Shown here: positions 48,701 to 63,400 of the stretch, one piece after another
Layout of the letters: every line of letters begins with the position of its first letter
Position numbering within the stretch: the stretch's first letter is position 1
Translations under genes and position numbers: made by a program
The notes under the pieces: generated by a model
What the model saw: the letters and a program-made list of their open reading frames with translations, nothing else
Told to the model about the DNA's origin: nothing
Databases searched by the model: none
Assembly: GCF_964355755.1 (NCBI RefSeq)
Contig: NC_092670.1
Location: forward strand, 21,934,795 to 21,998,794
Length of the DNA stretch: 64,000 bases
Direction of reading: 5' to 3'
Origin: Antedon mediterranea
Lineage: Eukaryota; Animalia; Echinodermata

Positions 48701-51700
48701 GTCCATTAACCGTTGCTATTTATTGAGAGCATATCAAGAATCGTTCTACATAACCAATAGGTAAACTGCACTTTTCACAATTTTATAGTTTTCACTCAAA
48801 ATATTTCGAACACAATAATGAAAACGTATATCAGTGAATTTCTTTTCAAGTGATTTTTTTCTTATGACGTCATTATTGAAGATCATTTCTGTTGTACTAT
48901 TTCGTGAAAATAATTTTTTTTTCTGCACTCGACATCTTTCGGTTAATGAGTATTATTATGTGACGTGACCGCGGCGGATGGCATAAAGGGAAATTTTTTT
49001 TTTTTTTCAACATTAACTAATATCATTACGTTAATAAGTAATGAACTGCGTACACATCTTCTTTGTGTTGGCAACATCAATCCGTTGTTGTTATAGACCT
49101 GCTCGATAACATACTTCATAAATAAGTGATAAAAAAACGTATAACATTTAGACTTATTCTTCCATATTTTACTAAAAATCATTTTTCATTGAAATTTCTC
49201 TACTAATACTATTGTTAATTTAATTTAAGTATGTTAAGTAGCTGGTGGTACCATAGTTTTACAAATTAATTTTTCTTGTCTAAATTATTGGACGACATAC
49301 CATAAAAAAAGAAAATACCACCGTATATCATACCGTACTATACTTTTATAAGTACTCAAATAATTAATAGATACAGTAGTTGATGTCTTTTTAAGCTGCA
49401 ACAAGAGAAGAAATCTCGAAAAATTACTGTTTTACGAATCGGTGTCTTAGTTAGTACTGTGCGTGGTTGTTATTTTCGCATTCAATTCGTTTAAACTCCC
49501 TATTGATTTATGTGCAGTAATCTATTTAAAGTATTATTTAATTAATGATTACATAAATTCGTAATACTGTATATAAAATATCATCAACTAAATTTACTGA
49601 TCTATTTGTGTTTATTTTCTCAGCGAATCGTTATTAATGTCATTAGTTAATTAATAGTTATCATAATAAGTTTATGATCTGACCTTTTTGGCCTCCAGGA
49701 TTTGACATACTTAACTTGTCTAAAATGTAGATACATGAATTATGGGAATATATTTTCTCGTCTGCTATTTTTGACGTCACAAATCACATGTTAGTGATCG
49801 TTTATTTAGGTCTCTGAGGAATTCAATCGGATCTGTTGAAAGCACACGACTTGAACCCAGTCTACCCCGTGTGCCGTAAGTTAAGTAGGCCATACTTTGT
49901 CTCTGATAGTATTCCTTTCATGCACAACAATTGTTTTTGTTCAACGCGGTTTTTTTGTAATCGACGGTAAACATTGCGGTTGTTCTGAGAGACAATTACC
50001 GTAAAACAAGCTGTATTTTAGGCAGATACATAAATTACAAAATGCCAAAAATAAAACACGTCAATATTCTTAAAAGCAGATTAAAAAAAATATCGGACAA
50101 ATAATACATTAATCGATAGAATACAGAATTATTACAGAAAAAACGAATAAATAAATAAAATTAAACTAACAATTTAAATACACAATCCCAAGACACATCA
50201 AGCAATAAGCAATTCCGTATGTAACATTATTAGTAGTTTAGTAAAATGACTATGTATTCTATGTTTGTGTTGTGCTTATGTTTACTGTTGGCCGAGAAAA
50301 AAGAAAAATGGAGAAAATAAATACAAATTAATTTTTGTTTTCTGAAAATATTGAATTATGATACATATTTATTAGTGTTATATTCATTCAAGAACTAGGT
50401 CTATATTATCTCTTATATAATAATAGTAAAGCTATATCAGGTCCTTGTGAACGGGTGATGGGAGGTTTTTTTTCTCCGCACACAACTTATTCTCATGAAC
50501 TTCAAGTTCTCCATTTATTGGAGACGATAACATATCTTTACAAAGCCTTTTCCTCCCATTTTAAAAATCTCTTTGGAAGCTGCTCTTTTAAATGCTATTT
50601 GGGTTACTATTTTACACAGATGTGGAATTAAAAGGAGGGTTGATTTTGCTTCTTTAACAGATGTATGATTGTAACCTGCATTTTTCTTGTTAAGTCGGGT
50701 TCACTAATACAACTGACAGTTTCCACATCACACTCAGAAAGAAGCCTGTCCTCCGAGGATTTAATATTACTGTAATGTAAATGTTAGTCATAACGATTTT
50801 ACTTGGATCAATAATCGCTCCGTATTCAATACACACATATCAAGAAAAATGTGTCAAAATACAATAAAACTAAGCATATATGATAAATGAAGCAGACGGC
50901 ATATCCCAGTTACCCGGATCACGCGTGTACACACGCAGACGGTAAATCAGGACATGCGATTTAAAAAAAAACGGTTATGCAATTTGCAAAATAAATGGTG
51001 GCCAGCTCTTTAATATGTCTGTTTCCCCCGGGGGTCTCAACTCGGCTATAAGACATTAGTTTAGTAAATTAAAATCTATAATAAATGAGGCGTGTAATAG
51101 AGTGTGACCTGAAATTGCAAGTGATTATATCTATCAATTTTTATTAGACCTTTTTAAATAAAATGCTAATTCCTGCAATATGGATACATCAGTACAGTAT
51201 TTGATGATGTATGCAAATCTGAAAGTAGTGTGTATTTAATATAGTAAAATATGTTATTTTTACAATACACACAATTACCGCGTTCTATATCTGTAGTTTT
51301 TAAAGAGACAGTAAATAGAAGTGAGCTAAAACATGATAGGCCTAATTCTTCTTTTTCTATGTGGTAGTTGGTTCAGAGTGATGATAGAAGGATGTTGTTT
51401 CTGATTGGTCTTTAGTTTATTCGAAACCAAATCTTTATGAATTGGATTACGCATGCTCAAAACACACTAGTCAACAGCTGTGACGGTTTTCATACGCGCG
51501 CGTCAACTTTATGTCTCTGCGCGCATGTGTACCACTACATGTTGCGCGCACTACGCACATACTATTCCATTCTCTCCATCATACAAAAAACTACATTTTG
51601 GTTTGAATCTGCCTTACAACTCTCGTTACATTCATTACATGTTGAAGTGACAGACACCATTGCTCTAGTGTTTTAAGTTGCCGCTCAACTAAAACTTAAC

Positions 51701-53643
51701 TTATGTTATTTAAGTTAGAGCGGTTAAACTATCAAAAGCACTAATAACTTACAATTGTATAAAATAAATCGTCACGATAATGGAATACTTATCTTTTATA
51801 CATCATTTCAGACGATTATGTAGTAGTCAGACAAGAAATTAAACCTGCATTATTGGCCCGCAAAATTATAGTCGGATTGAATTTCGCACATACGTAAAAC
51901 CACTCACATACATTTATAAGAAGATAAATTTTGCATCATCAATGTACAACCAAAAGATTAAAACCACTATAAATTATTTAAGATACACTTTGTTTATTCT
52001 GCCAAATCCGAGTTTAAATCTTAAATCAAGAAAATAATTAAGGAATGATTCGACTCCATAAACTTTTGTTGACCAAGTATATTTTACCATCCCATGGGTA
52101 GTGCTTCAAGGACCTGTCTTCAAGGGCCTATCGCTGATGTAATACACAGAAGAGAAAGTTAATGAGTTTTGCTTGAAGTTTGAAATTTAATACGAGGTCG
52201 TTGTAGATTTCAAAATTAATGTATGTAATACATTTTTGATAATATTATGCTGACAATAATGACCACTTTCATTGATTTAATATATAATAATTCTTTAATT
52301 CCGCAGGAAATATTCATTAAGAAGTTTGGGTATTCCCAAGAGAAGCGCACATCAACTCAATTTATTGAGACGGAATATGAATGTCATTTTTAAAGTGACG
52401 TTTCCAGTTGTTCCGTAAAAAAGTACGAAACGTATCCATAGACACGAACTACGTAACGCATTTATGGTTACAGTAACTAATGTCAGCTTACAATACGCAA
52501 CGATACGCGCAATGACGCAGCCAATTTCATGTCCAGAAACAAGGCAACCGCTGATTATTTTATTTTTTAAGAATTAAAAATATATAGTTCTCTACACACC
52601 GCTCCTTTAAGTATACATTTATGATGTAATGTTTATTGGCGGTAATAATAATATATTATTGTATAAATATAATTATTATGATTGTGTAATTATTATTAAT
52701 AATAATTAAAACAATAATAAGACCAAAAGATATACACTCCAGGGAGAAGCACAACAGATCAGGGGAGTCGTTAAAAGAGTGGTAGGTGTTGGAAGAAAGG
52801 GGTGTAATATTAACCCAGCTTCAGATCGTAATGAGGTAAATTATATTCCAAAATTAAAAGTCAATGGATTGTGTCCACACCAAATGTATTTGGCCAACAC
52901 GCATGTCTCTTGAGGAAGATGTGTTAAACAAGTTAAATAATGAAAATAAAACTTTCCGGTCGCCAGGCCAATCTAAAGTTGTATTCTTTCTTTTGAAATT
53001 TACTGAAAACAGATTAAAACTGTCGTGTAACTTACAAACCTATAAGAAGTTATTAGTTATCAAAGGAATTTGTGAAATTAACTATGTAGAAAATTAAGAT
53101 AATATATAATAAATAATTAATAATAATGTAGATTAATATTAATGCTCTCACAACGCACTGTTTTTGTATTATACGCGCGCATACTAATCTCGATTACGCG
53201 CGCGTAGTTATCTTGACATGGTCTTGTTGTTTGATGGTTGATGGTTGATGGTTTGATAACTACTTATTTCAAGATTTGACACACACACAGAAATACGATT
53301 GATTATGTTGATAGTTATCATACTAATTGCATTTTTTTCAAATAACGATTGTAATACAGACGTTTTAAACATTGAATTTGATATTTAATAGATTTTTAAT
53401 GTTCTTTTTATTGTTCGATTTATTATAACTTTATGATGTGTTTATTGCACACTATTTATTGATTTTGAATGTCTTCATTGCAATATAAGTAAAGATTTTT
53501 CATAGCTACAATTTTGTGTTATTTTTATTGTGATTTATATATTTTAAACAGACCATAAAATTCAGTGAGGAGTCATCACGACAAAGATGTAATAATACGG
53601 GCAAAGAGAAAAATCTTGGTTTTTAGCCATCAATATACTCTTA

Positions 53644-53807
53644 AGCTCTGTCCACACTATCAAACTTTATGTGACAAAAAAAAGTGTGCCCATGCCCATA
53701 TATGGGTATGATGATGTCATATCACTACCATATTTAAGTATATCACTACCATATTTGGGCACATTAAACTTTTGTCAAACAATTAATTTTATAGTGTAGA
53801 CAGAGCT
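53644..53807. mobile_element. MITE family A, near full-length copy (TIR AGCTCTGTCTACACTATCAAA)
   Basis: TIR-bounded, with an internal GATGTCATATCACTACCATATTTGG core shared with copies at ~4718-4838, ~8015-8152 and ~10477-10597. Confidence 0.8.
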
Positions 53808-55794
53808 GTATGAAACCTAACCCATGCTATCATAGGAACATATCTTCATTGGATTGCTCCTCTGACCCTTTACCCTCAACATAATGTTAAATCTGAATTC
53901 TAAAAAAAGACAAATTACTTTTTAAATATTGTAATCATCAGACACAATGTTCGATGCGCGACTGCAGACAACATTTTATAATGTAAACGTAAAATCATTA
54001 TCTAAAACACGTGTTCACATACTATGTTTCTTTATATAGTGGACTCAATACATTATTAATATTGAACCGGATGTTGTGTTTAAACGTCGGAAATATCGCT
54101 GTAATTACTATAATTTATAGTAATTAATTTAATGACAAATACTTGTCTGTACTTTTACCTTACAACAAATTTTCCCCTTACTCTTATCATTGTAATTATT
54201 TCTATAGAATTAATCATGTTTTTTTAGCAATGTATATTCTGTCCGCCCAGATGTAATTTAACTAACCTATTTAATAAAATAAGTCTCGTCTATGAATGAT
54301 TCCGTACACGAACGGAAGCCCCCTCCTCGATCAATTCATATTATGTTTCGTTTTCCGTTTAAAGATGTCATTGAAATCTACTAATGTTTTAATAATCAGT
54401 CTGTAATACTCTTTAGAAACTAGAGCAATATTATTTGAATTATATAATATTGAACCGCCGAGATCATTAAAAAGATAGGCAGATGTATCGTTTTTCTTTA
54501 TCTGTCAGATTGAACACTAGAGTAACTTTTTTGCTGGAAGATCGGATAGAGTTTCCATTCTATTATTTATGACGAGCAATGGTGAATAAACCAAACATCA
54601 TGAGACACAGCATGGCGTTTTCTCAACAATTAGGTATGATTGGGGTTTGGGTGTGGAACGCGATTTCCATTTCATCGTAGTGTATTTTTGTTGGTTAACA
54701 TTTGCAATGTGGGAAGAATTAATTCACATCATGATTGATGAAAAGTTCACGTGAAACGAATGTTAAGAACCATAATACAGCACTATAATACAACATTGGG
54801 AAGTCTAATTAATTACCACCTGTTAATTAACGTTAATTAATTTACGTATGTGAGACAATTGTACAAATTTAAATAATTAAGGAGACAATTTGTCAGTGAC
54901 ACGGTTAACGCATGCGCACAAAAAGCGTACTACCATCGGGCCTATATTTTCAGCCTATCAACGCACACAAATTACTTTTTCTTGAAATATGTGGTCATGT
55001 ACGGTATTATAGTCAACGGAATACACAATTCAACCACATTAAAGTATACTTCATAATTATTGTTCCTTGTTCTCTCATTTCAATAGTCTTCTATTCTTTC
55101 TTTTTATCCTATATTTCAATGAGAAATTGAAAATACAATATTCTAAAATACCGCGTACTAATTCGCAAGTTACCTTTCATTTCAATTTTGTATTTTATTT
55201 AAAACAACAGTTGAAGAGAAATAGTCGGCATATCACAGGACGGTGTTTTAGCTATAGAGATAAATTTGATTGCTAGAAAAATATAATAAACGATAATGTG
55301 TTATGATGGGGATCAGAGGTCAGTGGGTTATTTGCATAACATGTGAATATTATACTTATAAGTGAAAAATACTCATATGAGAAAACACTCCACTTCAACC
55401 CTGTATTATTTATTGGTTTGCTATCTACTTCAGATGACTCAAAACAACGACAATTAACGGCAAATTTAAATAAGTATACTATCGATAAATAAATAACCAA
55501 AAAGTAGTATGAAATTATATGGTTTTAACCTATCTTTTTGAATACCATTCATGTAATAATATTCTACAAATTCAGTTGATTTTGACTTATTTTCTGTATT
55601 TCCTTTCGTTTCTTTTTTATAATTCTAGGCCTAAACTTTCTCCAATAATAAAATACATTTGAAGAAAATATAATAATGATGACAATACATATTGTTAACA
55701 CTATAACAACAGTACAACGTTCATTCTTGTCCTATAGCATTGTGCAAAATTCCTAGGCCGAATTGACAGAAAACCTGGTACCTGGAAATCGACA

Positions 55795-56100
55795 GCATAA
55801 AAGAAGTACAGTAGCAGCGGGGAGTTGTCCCTGGTAGCAGATTGTTAGTTGTTTATGAAACAGTAGTAACAAGTAATATCAGCAGTAGTACTAGAGCAGA
55901 GAAGCAACACTTTCTATTACAACAGCAATGTTTCAGCAAAAGAAGAAAGTGGCAACCATCTCACAGATCAGCTAACATTGTAATAGCAGCATTTGCAGAA
56001 CATGAGCAAAGCCTGCAAGTGGAAGTTGTAGTGGTGGTGTATTCTTGCAGCTGCAGCATGGCACCAATAAATGTAGCAGCAACAGTTGTATAATAGTAGT
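55795..56100. repeat. Decayed CAG/TAG/GCA trinucleotide-rich low-complexity tract
   Basis: Dense AGCAGC/AGTAGT/ACAGCA runs. Confidence 0.55.
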
Positions 56101-57003
56101 ATAATATTATGTACGACGATAAAATCACGTTATGCATTACCACGCTATCTTTTTTTCTCTCTCTCTCTTTATCTGTGCTTAAAGAATTTGCATTCGAATT
56201 TATTGCGTTTCTAAATTATCAGTATTTTTTCTCTTAATCAGAAGGTTTAAGATTCTGGAGCAACGTTCTCGCTCATATTATCTCCTCCTGTTTACATTAT
56301 TACATTATTACCTGAAACATAATGAACGCTCGTCGGCGCCTTTGATCTTAAAAATCTCTATCTTACCCGATTAAAGTACCCGGTCAGGCTGAAACGAAAT
56401 TTACAATTTTTAATGTTAAAACGGAGTGTTTTATGCTGTACACACTTTTATAGATTGTAATGACGTACTTATACAAATTTTGCCGTGGGGAAGATCGGTA
56501 ATTCTTTACTTCGGATAGCTTTAGCAGCGATTTATATAATTAGCAGTAATTGTTAAGTTCTATATGTCAGAGATTGGCTATTGAGTGGAATAATGATATA
56601 GATACACTGGTAATGAGGTCCATGAAAATATTTATTATGGCTGAAATAAAAAACGTTTTGTAGATAATTTTAGCGGAGATGTACAATGGTTCTTATTATA
56701 AGTCGTTTAACTTATTAAATATTACAATCAAGAAAATAAATTATTTGTTATCAATAATTATGGCCCTAATAATTAGTAATTCTGAGATTAAATATTTCAA
56801 AATTTGAAAAATATTTGAAAATTTTCATCTTAAATTGATGAATAAACATTGTACCCTGACAATGGATCTTATTTAACATTATGTTGTAAAATTTTAAAGT
56901 TCAAAGTTGATTATTTTCATCAAAAATTCATTCAAAAGAATTATTACTATATATATATATATATAACCATTTTGAAAATATAAAAACGTTTATTAATATT
57001 AGT

Positions 57004-57073
57004 GACAATGTTGCTTAGTGGTTTATGCTTGTTTAATAATCCAAGGGCCCTAGTTCAAATCCTGGCATTGTCA
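57004..57073 (+). pseudogene. tRNA-like / tRNA-derived SINE unit
   Basis: Perfect 7-bp acceptor-like stem GACAATG/CATTGTC, A-box-like TTGCTTAGTGG, B-box-like AGTTCAAATCC, followed by T5. The anticodon arm does not pair. Confidence 0.5.
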
Positions 57074-60000
57074 TTTTTCTCATATCCGAAAAACAGCATA
57101 ACTACATAATTTCAACTACTCTTCTAAAACATTTTTATTCATTAGCTTAAAATAATTGGCTGTTAGATGTAAATAAATGTTAAAAACTTTAATAATCTTG
57201 AATAACTTTACTTTCACCGAGACCTACATCACTGAAAATGAAATAGATGTCGCCTTGTGACGTCATAGTGTACCGGTAAAATTTAAAAAGTATGCCGGTT
57301 GTACATTAAGTTGTTTATTAATAGATAATGGTATGAAACGATAATGGTATAAATAGGAATAATTATTAATATGACCATAAATTAAGAGAATTAATTATTA
57401 TAGCGGCATTTATGCCAGATTAATGCTCAAAGTAGCCACTTTGTGATACAATTTTGCGGCATGTACAATCGCTATAAAAGGATGTCATGATTATTATGAA
57501 CCCATTTTTTTGTTCTTCAAACAATATTGTGTCATTTTATGCAAAACACTTATCAGTACGCCTACATACTGGTTTTCGGAATGAGGCGGTCGATTCTTGT
57601 AATCAGTAAATGAAGTTTACTATGTGAATTCACATGTCCTTGTTGCCATTCTGTTTTTGAGAATTAAGATTTTTATAATGAAAACTTGCAAACAATCAAT
57701 TATGCAACTACTTCTTCCATAAGCAGTACCGGGTGATAAATGTAATCAGTACCATTTATATCTATATTTTGAGGATAAACTTATATTAAGATTATAGGCC
57801 GGAGAATGCAGAGGATGTGCTTTCTAAATCCAAAATAAATCTAAAACCAATATAATATAATAACTTAGTGATTCCATTTGTTGATCTCCGTGGTAAACAT
57901 CATTTTGAAATAATTTTCCCACTTTCTTTCAGTAGCAAGAATTTCTTTCTTAGGAAAGAAAACTTTATTGAAACAGAATCTATATCGAAAGGGCGCCACC
58001 ACTCAATTATAGTTTTGGCATTCTTCGCAATGTTAATAATATTCATTAATTTCTGATAAGAATCCCGGGTTCAAATCCTACGGGACCCAAAATATAGTTT
58101 AAATTTTGTTTTGAACTGAACTGAATTCGTGTCTAAAATAAATTCATCTACAAACTTGCTACTTTTGATTATAGTTTTCATTTAGTTTCTTAATTACTGT
58201 ATGTACATTGTATACCAAATCCTTTTTGAATACGTGAACATCTACAGATATGTTTTGAACGGGTGTTATTAACAACATTAAAAGAGTATGTGTAATATAG
58301 GATGACATACGGTTTAAATGTTGCTTTGTTAGGCCCACTGGGACAAACCGTCCCACATAGTACGCACCGAATAACCATACACAATCAATATAGGCATTAT
58401 AAAGAGACAGTTTATAGTCGAAGTAGCCTAGCATAATTAAATTATTTCCTTTATTAACTTTTATTCTGACAATAAAGAAATACAGTATAGTATAATACTT
58501 GAAAATCGACGACATATACATATAAGAAGCTACTACGAAAACCTACTGTAAATTATTTGAAATAAAAGTTCCAAATAGCAATAATGATAGGGCCTACATA
58601 GTTTAGGCCTACGAAATTTACCAATAAACCAAGTCGTAGGATAGAATTCGTTAATTTATTTATAAGATCATCAGTGCCGTAAACCTACGGTACTTTAAAC
58701 AAACTGAATCAGACTAAAGATTGGAATTTGAGGCCAGAACTTTGCAAATGTTAACACCGAAGTTATCAAAGAAGCATTTTCTCTCCAGTATGTCTAACTT
58801 ATACCTTTTGATTTTGAATTCATAAAATGCAGTAGGCCTACAAAAACTATGTTTCTCCATATACTAGTATTCAGTTTAATCAAAACATGGTACTACTCAT
58901 GAATGTTCCACCATGTTCGCTTATTACTAACTTTATGAACGATGTTTGCAGGAAAAAATGGTACTTATTATCAATGTGAGTTCATCTTTATCCACGGCTC
59001 GTTATGCTGTACTTTGAACAATCCAAACTCGATTAATTACTTTACTTCAAAGGACAATTGAACTCTTTGTAATCAACCAAAATCAATTATTTTAATTTTT
59101 TTTTATTATTAATTTACCATAATTGGCGATTTGCAATAAATAGCGTCTTTAATGAGACAATCACTGTGTAAAACCATGTTCTAGTTTCACTGCCAGACAT
59201 TTCTGAATTTATTTCCGTCTTAATGTGATTTTTCGTCTACGAAAACCCACTAATAATTAGGCGGTGATATCAAAGAGAAATATTATCTAGGAAAACAATC
59301 TGTTTTTGCTCCATTGTGTTTTTTTTACTAGTTAGAGATTATGTTTTGCTATTATCGAACAAGTTGAATATCCGATGGGAAAAAAATATTATCACAATTA
59401 CGACACAACTTATGAAATTCCACATTGATAATAATTATTTAAAACATAACGAATAACAAAAGATATATATATTATTACATTGTTAATTTCTAATGTTTCG
59501 AGTATTTTCTACCTATAGTCTTATACATACATATCGACACAATAGAAAAAACGTACGGTATTTAGGCCTATTACTGTAACAATCTTTATAATTGCTACTA
59601 CTATCCACAAAATATATCCACCATTTCTTTCATTTCTTCCCTGATCCAAATCTATTATTTTTTCCACATTGAAGGTAAGCGATAGAGACTGATAATTTGC
59701 TATTTTTTTTACTATGCGCATGTAACACACGTGAATCACGTGAATCGAAAACTCCATTTAAAAGAACTTTAATGCGACGCATTTAACAAAGCGGCTACTA
59801 AAAGTGGGTGTAAAATAATAAACCTAAATTGAATGATCTCTACAGTTAATAATAACGAATACTAATAATATTTATGTATTTGAAATGAATGTAGAGACAC
59901 ATTAATGTTATGAGTTTAATAAAAGCTACCACTTAACTATAATATCGTATCATATAAAACAATAATAAATTTTACTTTATATAAATAACGGACATCTGCT

Positions 60001-60199
60001 CTAACGTCATAGATTTAAAATAACAAGAAGTTCTTTGATTGGTTAAGAAATTAATTGTTTTTATGACCCATAATAGATAATTAGAAATGATCAAACGAGA
60101 TATGACATTGTGAACATAAATCGTAGTGTTCGTTTGTCGCCTGTTCCTTCGGTGTATAAGGCAGCGATGTACTAGACCTAGTAGAACCGACACAAAAGC

Positions 60200-60428
60200 T
60201 ACGCACGCGTCAAAACATTGATGAAAATGTGGTTAGGATTTTGTACGCGTGCGTAAACTTTCTATCTTTCTATGTTTATACGCGCGCGTATACTTTCTGT
60301 CTCTCCATAGTGTATATGCGCGCGCGTGCACTTTCTGTCTCTCCATTGTGTTTTCCGCGTGCATGCACTTTCTATGTCTTCGTAGTGTTAGTACGCGTGC
60401 GTTCACTTTCCGTCTTTTCGTAGTGTTG
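60200..60428. repeat. ~37-bp minisatellite built on ACGCGCGCGT-like palindromes
   Basis: 5-6 units of ACGCG(C/T)GCGT-N-CACTTTCTGTCTCTCCATAGTGT. Confidence 0.8.
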
Positions 60429-63400
60429 CTAATAAATTGAAGAATATCCATTCATTTATCTTGGTGGGTCAAAAATTGTGTTTTATTTCTTTTTCTTTCT
60501 TCTATTTATTTATTAGTTCGATTGTTCGTTTAGAGTCATTATTAGAGAAAATAACGATTTTTTCTTATAGTTTAGCATATATATTTTTAATAAGAGTATT
60601 ATAAAACTTTCAGCTAAGTACAACAAAAAGACAGTAATATTGAAAATATGAAACTATACGTTTAAGTAAACGGTGTTTGATATATACAAACAAAACCAAT
60701 ATATGAATACAGTGTGGTTATCTATTCAAGCCGTCAATTAAACCTTTTTCTAATCCATATCCATATATTTTCTTTTCGATTTACTTGTTAATTTTCATAA
60801 GACGACACGATGCAATTCAAAGACCTATATTATCTAATAAGAACAATAAATGGTTGTAAGAGCCGATAAAAGCTACAAGTAGGGCACAATCAATCAATAT
60901 TTCGCCGGCTAAGATAGTTGAATGTTGTTTTATATGTCAAAGTAAATTTGCCTCTAGTACCTATATAGGAAGTTAGTGAATGTTCTCAAACCATTCAAGA
61001 TACAGTATACAGGGAAATGATGTATGTGTAAAACGTTATTTCATTGACAGTGTTTACAAGGTTATGATTGATATATATTACTCTTTTTTTTATAGAAATA
61101 AAAGTACGAAGAACGTAATAAAACAAAGAAAAAATGAATATGCCATGTTTATATCACATACCATATAGTTATTCGCTTTGACTAAAAATTGAATTGGAAA
61201 AAATATATATTCACCTATAAACATACATACAGTACAACACATAAAATATTAAATACTCAAATGACATAATATAGGCCGATAAAATTAACTGACTTTTTCA
61301 TAATCGAAATATTATTTTTTTAATTACAAAATATTCATCTTTATTTTTCGTAAAAACATTTAGTAATTTACCGTACTTTAGATACTGACAAAAGGCATCA
61401 TAAAGAGGTAGCTTATCAATGAGAAATGGTCGCTCACGAAAGAAGTAAACTCACAAAGCAAATTTTCCAACTTCATAAAAAGTTCGAAATTTTCGATAAT
61501 AGGCCTATACTTATTAAACTTTACTGGGCAAATCTAATTTAATCAATGGACTTGTAACAACCAAGACAAAAATCTACATTAATCAACACTACGTCTACAA
61601 AATTACCGTTTCGACTCAACAACAGTGCAGGCAACAATAAACTTTATGCTATAACATTTATATGTTTCAAGTATTATACATTACAATCGTCTACATTATT
61701 AAAGACTTTAAATTACTCATACACTACAGGGACAACTTCTCACACGATAAAAATTACTCGTTTTAATGACGTGGAAATAAATGAATTTCTTCAGCAGCAA
61801 TATGATTATTAATAGAAGAAGAATAATTCTACATGATATAAATTTCCATCAAATCTCGGCTGGGAGACTTTTTCACTCTCTACGTACATTTTGTAATCTT
61901 TAAAGTTTCACACTCTACACGTGATACATGGAAACAACTTTTCAGTGAAATCGAAACATTATTTTGTAAGATATATTGTGCAGTTAATTTGCAGCGAATA
62001 ATTCATTTTTTAAATGAATATAATGTAATTAAGATGATTTATCGATGAAATAAACTGTACTGTATTTCAGGATGTCAGATAAACTAAATACGATTTATTT
62101 AAGAGAAGATTTATTACAAAACTGAAATATTAAAGATGGCCAGGATTAACGCCGTGGTTAATTCGTCAGTGACAAGACGAAGGTGCCGCGCGTACAAATG
62201 TGGATACTCTATTATCGACGCACGTACGTGACGTCAGTGTCTCCGTCTCACATTTTATTTCAATTTCCAACAATTTTGAAGCTCTTTAAAAAGTGAAGCT
62301 GTAGTCTCACATTGGAATCATCCATGCGTTGAAGAACTATCTATAAGTGTCAATAAAGAGCACTTTTGGTACCAGTTTTTATGCAAGCGGAAAGTTTGAA
62401 ACATGACAAACAAGACCCAAACGAACTTCACTTAAATCACTGGTGAATAAAATTGAGAAACTACAACAATATACTTATATAATTACATTAGTTAGATCTT
62501 CAGTTGGAATTGGTCCTTTAGAGATTCGTGATTGGAGCACAAGTGTAGTAATATGAAGCTTTAGGGTGGGCCTACATGCATATAAAATGTTACCTACTGT
62601 ATAGTTTATTTAAAATTCACATCCGAACGACGGGGAGTAACTTACAGAATGAAAAATTACGTTAAGTGGCATACAAAGAAGTAAAAATAGTTTCAGTTTT
62701 TATATTTGCAAAAACTTTGGGAATTCATGATGATAACTTGAGAATGTAAATTAATATAGCAAATTGACATGCACACTTACTCATACTGAAAAATAATAAT
62801 AGAGAAAACCGTTATTAACTAAGTCACCGTTTGATGTTGCAACCTCCTTTCAAATAGGTGTGAAGATGATTGGCAGCGATTTGTTACAAATCGCATCGGA
62901 CTGCACTATTATGTAATTTATAATTGTGTCTGTGCTGCATATTGATATCAAGTCCCTTATTAAAGGATGTTAATTGATGAATTTGATGATCATGAAGGGT
63001 ACCACAAAATCCCTTGACCTTTCAGCTGCTGATTCAAAACTTCATCACGAATAGCGCGCGCTACCAGATGCTGGTACAGTACTACAAAGTATGGACACTA
63101 GGGGCCTACATATATACCTACTCATTACCTCAAATTAAACGAGCAGTAACAATTAAAAACAAATAATAAATCAAAACAAAAATTACTTGAAAATGTTTTT
63201 TTATCGTCACAATTAGGCCTATCCATTTTTCTTTATTGTTTGATTTCGCAATACTTGATATTATGCGTAGGTAATTTAACGTTGGCTAATCGTAGGCCTA
63301 CCCAAAGTACACCAAAAACACCTTTTTTTAACCTTACAATTATCAAAGTAAGTGACATGCAGGGAGGAATTCCAAATAATCCTCCATGGTAAAACTAAAT

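Noticed and set aside
55842-56143. Q/T/V-rich ORFs
   Set aside because: They derive from a decayed trinucleotide tract and have no splice or homology support.
60240-60428. CRISPR-like repeat-spacer appearance
   Set aside because: Spacers are similar to each other, there are no cas genes, and the context is eukaryotic; this is a minisatellite.
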